From an uncultured Photobacterium sp. (GTDB lineage: Bacteria; Pseudomonadota; Gammaproteobacteria; Enterobacterales; Vibrionaceae), in contig NZ_CAMRAN010000016.1 in the NCBI RefSeq assembly GCF_947039875.1, positions 3,592 through 67,591 of the forward strand: 64,000 nt of DNA. The letters run 5' to 3'. The notes beneath the pieces were generated by a model that saw only the letters and a program-made list of their open reading frames with translations, had not been told where the DNA came from and made no database searches. Numbering within the stretch: the stretch's first letter is position 1; every line of letters begins with the position of its first letter. Shown here one piece after another: positions 58,686 through 64,000 of the stretch. A program made the translations under genes and the position numbers.

Positions 58686-58703
58686 AACAACTCGGATCAG
58701 TTC
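58686..58703 (-). promoter_or_regulatory. FadR-box-like site adjacent to the FabR box
   Basis: The minus strand reads GAACTGATCCGAGTTGTT. The E. coli fabA FadR site as I recall it is GAACTGATCGGACTTGTT, giving 16 of 18 matches. Its position relative to the FabR box is the same as in E. coli. Confidence 0.55.
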
Positions 58704-60412
58704 TGGCCCAACCAGTTGGATATCATTAATCGAAGTCGATTCACAATACCAATCTCACTTGAAAGGTCGCCATGGTGGAAATAATCGATGCGTTCTTCAA
58801 TTAAAGAGAGGATAGTTTCGTCGTCCTCATTTTCACTGCGGAACGCTTTATTTGTAAGACGAGGAATCGCTTCATCGACATTATTTACCGCCCAAACATG
58901 GAATTGTTTCGCTTTAATTGCTTCAATCACTTCATCGTTTAAGCAAAGGCTAGATAGATTTGTATGCGGTAAAATCACACCTTGATTGCCAGTAAGGCCA
59001 CGATGAACACAAACCTTATAGAAGCCTTCAATTTTTTGATTGATACCGCCAACCGCTTGTACACGACCAAATTGGTCAACAGCACCAGTCACTGCAATCT
59101 CTTGATTAATCGGTTGCAATGATAATGCAGACATTAATGCACAAAGTTCAGCTAATGACGCGCTATCACCATCAACTTCTGAGTAAGATTGTTCAAAAAC
59201 TATTGACGCAGAGTAGGGAAGAGCCTGATCTAAATCGAGTGCGGTTGCGACAAAGGCTTGCATAATCATCATCCCTTTTGCATGAATATTACCGCCAAGT
59301 TCAACTTTTCGTTCAACGTCGGTAATATCACCATCGCCAAAATGGACCACACATGAAATACGAGCAGGTTCGCCATAAGCGCTAGGGTGCCCAGGCATTT
59401 CAACAACAGTTAAGCCATTCACCTGTCCGACTTCTTCGCCCTCTGTGGCAATTAATACTTGGCCATGATGAATATCTGCAATCGCACGTTCAGGTAAGTA
59501 TGACTCGCGGTATTCTTTTGCTCTTAACGACGCTTTAATGTGACCCGCAGTGATTGATTTACCTTCTGATTCGACTGATGCTTCTGAGAGTAAATTCAAA
59601 TGCCATAATGGGCATAAAGGTAAACGTGTTTGATCTTCTGCGTGGCGAGCCCCTGCCAGTAACAGGGCATGGATCGCATCTGAGTCAGCAAGAGCGGGTA
59701 AGTTATAGTATTGGCTAATACCTTTAACATAACTGATATAATCGGTCAGCGTTGCTTCATTAAGCAATAGATCTTGCTCAAATTCACCATACATTGCCAT
59801 ACCATCACTTAAATCAGGCTCAGCAGCATCAAGCTCAGCCATGAGATAACGTTCACCTATAATTATAAGCTTAACGTTAACTGTTTCTGCTACTGGTATT
59901 TCATAGAGACGTTTATTCGTGATAGGTTGCCATTCAAGTTGGCCATCCATCAAAACATTTTTTAACTGTGGCCATAAGCTTGGATCACTTAAAATGGCAG
60001 TAATAGATAAAACAAGGTAGCCGTTATGTGCTTGATGAAGTAAGCCGTGCTTTAGTTGCGCCTGTGTTTCACCATCTTTAGCCGGATAAACTGCGCCGAA
60101 TAACTTCTCATGAGTGACGTTGTCACCTGCAATGATGATGGGTTGTTCTACAGTGTTTTCATTATTTTCGCTTGATTTATTAATACTTTTTTTTAGCAGT
60201 TCAATAATGTAATCACGATATAACGTGTTATCGGAAGCTGTAATGCGTAGAATGTGTGGTTGTAAATTCATCGCGGTGAAGCGGCGTATAGCATCTGATA
60301 AGCGAGACTGAAGGATGCCGACCAGAGTAGGTTCTAGATCATCATATTGATCTAATACGTGTTGATACGGGCTGTAATCTGGAAACATGTTACGCCAAGA
60401 TTCTTCATGCAT
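58697..60412 (-). CDS. ycbZ: Lon-like protease without AAA+ Walker motifs (YcbZ/LonH family)
   Basis: The C-terminal Lon protease domain contains EVDGDSASLAELCALMSAL and VTGAVDQFGRVQAVGGINQKIEGF (a Ser-Lys dyad context). The position between fabA and matP matches E. coli ycbZ. I prefer the ATG at 60412 because the 60463 start is TTG. Confidence 0.85.
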   Translation of the reverse strand: MHEESWRNMFPDYSPYQHVLDQYDDLEPTLVGILQSRLSDAIRRFTAMNLQPHILRITASDNTLYRDYIIELLKKSINKSSENNENTVEQPIIIAGDNVTHEKLFGAVYPAKDGETQAQLKHGLLHQAHNGYLVLSITAILSDPSLWPQLKNVLMDGQLEWQPITNKRLYEIPVAETVNVKLIIIGERYLMAELDAAEPDLSDGMAMYGEFEQDLLLNEATLTDYISYVKGISQYYNLPALADSDAIHALLLAGARHAEDQTRLPLCPLWHLNLLSEASVESEGKSITAGHIKASLRAKEYRESYLPERAIADIHHGQVLIATEGEEVGQVNGLTVVEMPGHPSAYGEPARISCVVHFGDGDITDVERKVELGGNIHAKGMMIMQAFVATALDLDQALPYSASIVFEQSYSEVDGDSASLAELCALMSALSLQPINQEIAVTGAVDQFGRVQAVGGINQKIEGFYKVCVHRGLTGNQGVILPHTNLSSLCLNDEVIEAIKAKQFHVWAVNNVDEAIPRLTNKAFRSENEDDETILSLIEERIDYFHHGDLSSEIGIVNRLRLMISNWLGQN

Positions 60413-60608
60413 AAATTTATGATTTCTATTGTTACTGTGATAAAGATGTGCAGTATAAAGCAATCAAAGGGCTCATAATAGACACTTATCGTCTATATTT
60501 AAATTTCAATATTAGGCCTACTTAATATTAAGAGAATTGATTGTTATTTTACCGATCAAGAGTTACACTGTAACAGTTAACCTAAATAGTTTGAGAATTA
60601 TCAATCCT

Positions 60609-61070
60609 ATGAAATATCAGCAACTTGAGAACCTTGAAGCAGGTTGGAAATGGACTTATTTGGTGAAAAAATGGAAAGAAGGAGAGGTAATAACAAGCTT
60701 TGTTGATCAAAGTGAAGCTGACGCAGCAATACAAACCTTGCTTGCGATTGAGCATGAACCAACCAAGGTTATTGAGTGGATTAATAATAATATGGCGAAT
60801 AGTTTAGAGAATAAACTAAAACAAGCCATTAGAGCCAAACGTAAGCGACATTTTAATTCGGAACAGACGCATACCAAAAAGAAATCCATTGATTTGGATT
60901 TCCGCGTTTGGGAAAAATTAGCTGAAAAATCACAAGAATTAGGTTCAACATTATCAGACACGATCGAATACTTGATCAGTGAAAGCTCTCGAACCGAGCA
61001 AGCAAGTAAAACCGTTTCAAATTTAAAGAATGATCTTAACCAACTACTTAATTCAGATTCTTTTGAATAA
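60609..61070 (+). CDS. matP: Macrodomain Ter protein MatP
   Basis: MKYQQLENLEAGWKWTYLVKKWKEGEVIT...AIRAKRKRHFNSEQTHTKKKSIDLDF is nearly colinear with E. coli MatP. Confidence 0.9.
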   Translation: MKYQQLENLEAGWKWTYLVKKWKEGEVITSFVDQSEADAAIQTLLAIEHEPTKVIEWINNNMANSLENKLKQAIRAKRKRHFNSEQTHTKKKSIDLDFRVWEKLAEKSQELGSTLSDTIEYLISESSRTEQASKTVSNLKNDLNQLLNSDSFE

Positions 61071-61136
61071 TATACTTTTTGATGACGTCGTTGGGGCTTT
61101 TCTTTCAAGCTAAACTTTATTATTGAGGAGTGTGTA

Positions 61137-61442
61137 ATGGAATATGTTCTTTTATTAGCTGTTGTGGTCATTTTTCTTGTATTTAAAGATCGACCTATAA
61201 TGGTACTAGAGTTTAAAGACGGTGATCTTATTAAGACAAAAGGGCAAGTACCTACAGGATTTCAAACAGCGTGTAGAGATATTGCTCATAAAATCCCATT
61301 CTCTGGACGAGTAAAAGTATATAAAACACGATTTGCAACGAAATTAGATTTTTCAAATACAATTCCACAGAAAGTAAAACAACGTATAAAAAATGTTTTC
61401 CCTCATAATATATCGACATCTAAACGTGGAAAAAGAGCGTAA
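61137..61442 (+). CDS. DUF3634-like small membrane-anchored protein
   Basis: An N-terminal TM helix (MEYVLLLAVVVIFLVF) is followed by VLEFKDGDLIKTKGQVP...RIKNVFPH. The family assignment is from memory. Confidence 0.55.
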   Translation: MEYVLLLAVVVIFLVFKDRPIMVLEFKDGDLIKTKGQVPTGFQTACRDIAHKIPFSGRVKVYKTRFATKLDFSNTIPQKVKQRIKNVFPHNISTSKRGKRA

Positions 61443-61462
61443 ATGTGGATTTTAAATAAAAA

Positions 61463-61490
61463 AACGCTATCGTTAACGGTAGCGTTTTTT
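61463..61490 (+). terminator. Rho-independent terminator
   Basis: AACGCTATCG-TTAA-CGGTAGCGTT is followed by a run of T (TTTTTT). Confidence 0.6.
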
Positions 61491-61508
61491 ATTTAAATAA
61501 GGTTTTAA

Positions 61509-61896
61509 ATGATAACTCCTCACGCAAAACGATTATTAAAAGGGGATGATTTACGTCATTCATTATTAGAATTTATTCAATTAAATAAGATACAATCTGG
61601 TTCATTATTAACAGGTGTTGGTTGCTTATCTCAAGTTAAAATCAGATTAGCAAAAAATATTAGATCTCGATGGACCATTAGAAATTATATCTTTGTCTGG
61701 AACATTAACACCTAAACATATACATATATCTGTAGCTGATGGTGAAGGGCGAGTATATGGTGGCCATTTAATTCCTGGTTGTATAGTGTCTTATACGGCA
61801 GAGTTATGCATGATCGAATATAAGAATTTAAAATTTGAGTGTGAATATGATTATGAAACTGGATTTGATGAATTGGTTATATTGAAGCGCGATTAA
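61509..61896 (+). pseudogene. PPC/DUF296-domain protein interrupted by a frameshift in an A6 run
   Basis: ORF 61509..61715 (MITPHAKRLLKGDDLRHSLLEFI...GVGCLSQVKIRLAK) continues logically in the +1 frame (ILDLDGPLEIISLSGTLTPKHIHISVADGEGRVYGGHLIPGC...). The frame switch falls in AAAAAA at 61652-61657. Confidence 0.7.
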
Positions 61897-61920
61897 TATA
61901 ACCAATTCATTTTTGGCTTA

Positions 61921-62166
61921 TTATCCAATAGATTTCATTAATGCTTCTTTACTTTTAATGAAAATAGTAACTTTTTCCTTTAATTCCGCTAGTTCTTTTT
62001 CGGCTTTTAATCGTCGAATAGTTTCTTGTTCTAATTGTTCACCTATTTCAACAGCTAAATAACCACCTTTAATTAATGCCTTTGTTGTTACATTTGTTTC
62101 TGTCAGAGATTTTAAAGCCTCAATCATATAATAATGTTGGTCGATATCTCTAATTGTAATTGCCAT
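61921..62166 (-). CDS. 81-aa hypothetical protein with a coiled-coil C-terminus
   Basis: A strong AAGGAG SD precedes the ATG at 62166. The product reads MAITIRDIDQHYYMIEALKSL...RRLKAEKELAELKEK. Confidence 0.5.
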   Translation of the reverse strand: MAITIRDIDQHYYMIEALKSLTETNVTTKALIKGGYLAVEIGEQLEQETIRRLKAEKELAELKEKVTIFIKSKEALMKSIG

Positions 62167-62285
62167 AGATACTCCTTTTGTTATTAATAATATCAAGAAG
62201 TAAGCATTCAGTGAATCTTTTATTCTAATGCACTATAACTTTCAAGGTGGCTATAAAAAAGCTACCTATCGATAGCTTTAGTACT

Positions 62286-62705
62286 CTAACTTATTGTTCT
62301 TTTGCCTATTAAAATCTCTGAAAAATCCGTATTTTGACAAGAGAAAGGAGAACGTGATATATAAATAGCATCACCAGAACGTAATGAATCTATAAAAAAG
62401 TTACTAAACATTAATTGTGAATTATTATTATCTAAATGTTCCATTCCTAATAAGTAATAATGATTTTGGAATCGTAAAAATAAACCATTAAAACGACTAG
62501 AATAATAATTATTCGTACTACACTTTCGTGAAATCAACATTGAGGCATAGCCATCATTTAATGTTAACTGTAATGTATCCTGTACGGTATTATTATGTTT
62601 TGTTGAAAACTCATATGTAGCTTTCGTATTTACCGAGCTGATAATAGCTTGGATCAATAAAAAAACAATCGCACCAATAATGCCAATAATTGCTTTATTT
62701 AACAC
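62286..62705 (-). CDS. ToxS-like membrane-anchored periplasmic protein (tentative partner of the upstream ToxR-like gene)
   Basis: The N-terminal TM helix is AIIGIIGAIVFLLIQAIISS, followed by a ~120-aa soluble part. A GTG at 62705 overlaps the upstream stop by 11 nt; the ATG at 62753 would overlap by 59 nt. Confidence 0.45.
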   Translation of the reverse strand: MLNKAIIGIIGAIVFLLIQAIISSVNTKATYEFSTKHNNTVQDTLQLTLNDGYASMLISRKCSTNNYYSSRFNGLFLRFQNHYYLLGMEHLDNNNSQLMFSNFFIDSLRSGDAIYISRSPFSCQNTDFSEILIGKRTIS

Positions 62706-63489
62706 TACAAATTTCCTGTTTAACTGTCGATGAATAATCAACAAAATGGCCATTACTTATGCTAAATAATTGATAATAATTACATCTTTTGTTCATAGGA
62801 AATGCATACCATTGGCTGATACTACTATTATCATTCTGTAAAATTGCATTCTGTACTGGTTTTGGTAAATCAACGCCATTATAAATAACAGGTAATCCTT
62901 CAACAGAAGTAGTATTAACAAAAAATAAAAAACGATAACAAACTATTAACGTAGTAAAGAAAAAAGCAAGAACAACAATAATATCAAACAATTTGATATT
63001 ACGAACACGGGGGCTTTTAATTGTTGTATCATCTAATTCTTGATGAGTGAAATCTTCTTTTTCTTCGATATTAGCAATAGATTGAATTTCATCTTTTAAA
63101 TGTATACTTTTATCATCACTCTTTACAGCATTATATTTCGGAGGGTGAGAGCCATCATCAATAAGTGCTGTTTGTCGAATGCAGTAGCCTAATTTAGGTT
63201 CTGTTGTGATTATTTTATATTCACCAATTTTTGTAAAGGCAGTACGTAAATTTTTAATTGCAACCGTTAATGAATTATTGGTAACAACCTTACCTTGCCA
63301 GCATTCAGCTAATAAAACTTCTCTATATATTGTATTATCAGCAGACTCAGCAAGAAGTGTAAAAATTAAGGTTTCTGATCGTGATGCTTTAATAAAAGCA
63401 CCATCACTAATTCGCGTTATAGTTCTACGTGCAAAATCAACATCGAAACGTCCAAGACGTTTACAACAGCCGTTTACTTCATCGTTCAT
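62695..63489 (-). CDS. ToxR-like transmembrane transcriptional regulator
   Basis: The N-terminal winged-helix domain reads FDVDFARRTITRISDG...SRSETLIFTLLAESADNTIYREVLLAECWQGKVVTNNSLTVAIKNLRTAF...GYCI. It is followed by an acidic linker, one TM helix (LFDIIVVLAFFFTTLIVCYRFLFF) and a ~70-aa periplasmic tail. Confidence 0.65.
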   Translation of the reverse strand: MNDEVNGCCKRLGRFDVDFARRTITRISDGAFIKASRSETLIFTLLAESADNTIYREVLLAECWQGKVVTNNSLTVAIKNLRTAFTKIGEYKIITTEPKLGYCIRQTALIDDGSHPPKYNAVKSDDKSIHLKDEIQSIANIEEKEDFTHQELDDTTIKSPRVRNIKLFDIIVVLAFFFTTLIVCYRFLFFVNTTSVEGLPVIYNGVDLPKPVQNAILQNDNSSISQWYAFPMNKRCNYYQLFSISNGHFVDYSSTVKQEICSVK

Positions 63490-64000
63490 TTTTATTCTTA
63501 TCTATCAGTTTTAGCTATAAGATAATAGCTAAATTGTCATCAAATACACAATATCAAAATAAAGATAGTGTCTTAGTATTCTATACAAAACCGCTAAAGA
63601 TGCAATTGTGAAACGAGTATAACCACCATAAAACCTATAACTATTCGATATAATTCATTCTCTTTAAAAGATAATCTATACACTATTGTCTAAAATATAA
63701 GTGCTTTTATCGTAAATGTTAATTATCTGCATGATTAATGTAGAGGCGCTTATAATAAGCGCAGAAATATTAAATACTGAGAGTAAAGGCTGGTTTCTTA
63801 TAGCTAAAAATAGGGAAGTTATTCATTGTAACTGACTCGTTTTGTTGAAGTCAGCTTAATCAATGGATGTTGATCACGATAAAAATAGTGTTAAGTAAGC
63901 TACACCGATAAAGATCAGATTATTAGAGCAGGGAAGTCAGACATTTTTCAATGTGTTGTGACCACCTAATCAAACGCAGATTCTGTTTCACTAAACCGTA

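Noticed and set aside
60707-61171. 154-aa ORF antisense to matP.
   Set aside because: matP is unambiguous on the plus strand, and the antisense product has no features.
61652-61657. Programmed +1 ribosomal frameshifting in the DUF296 gene.
   Set aside because: I see no known slippery or stimulatory context beyond a simple A6 run. A homopolymer indel, whether a real mutation or a sequencing error, is the simpler explanation.
1-64000. CRISPR arrays, rRNA operons, IS elements with terminal inverted repeats and transposase genes.
   Set aside because: I saw no regularly spaced 25-40-bp direct repeats, no rRNA-like sequence and no transposase-like ORF. The only mobility genes are the integrase fragments and the AlpA-like gene.
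1-64000. matS sites (GTGAC-N3-GTCAC), looked for because matP is encoded in the window.
   Set aside because: I found no full 13-bp match by eye. A computational scan would be needed to be sure.

Overview
The window looks like a gamma-proteobacterial chromosome, probably Vibrionaceae (Aliivibrio/Photobacterium-like). That assignment is an inference from gene content and AT-rich codon usage. Most of it is housekeeping backbone with E. coli-like synteny blocks: yohJ-yohK-cdd, sbcB, yeiP, rsmF-letB-letA-(ABC exporter)-msrC-proQ-prc, pncB/pepN, pyrD-zapC, rlmL-grx-uup, and rmf-fabA-lonH-matP. I found no rRNA, tRNA or CRISPR array. The main accessory region lies right of sbcB at about 4.1-12.5 kb and is a visibly more AT-rich, decayed integrative island. 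It carries a truncated, frameshifted P4-type integrase, a second 41-bp remnant of an integrase 3' end, an AlpA-type regulator and a repeat-rich non-coding block. It also holds two divergent cassettes, each led by a large patatin-like phospholipase. Cassette 1 is a patatin with a membrane-helix insertion and a GAF-like C-terminus, followed by a coupled 60-aa ORF. Cassette 2 is a patatin fused to an unknown middle domain and a ParB/Srx-like C-terminus, followed by an overlapping 227-aa ORF whose motif spacing resembles primase-polymerases. I do not recognise either cassette as a named defence system, and they are the best candidates for something undescribed. Other accessory content includes an AraC-linked CoA-transferase/fadB/fadA operon, two TetR modules with clear palindromic operators, a HAD phosphatase gene fragment, and a frameshifted PPC/DUF296 gene. 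There are also two ToxR-like membrane regulators, one with a ToxS-like partner. All function calls come from reading the translations. No database search was run.
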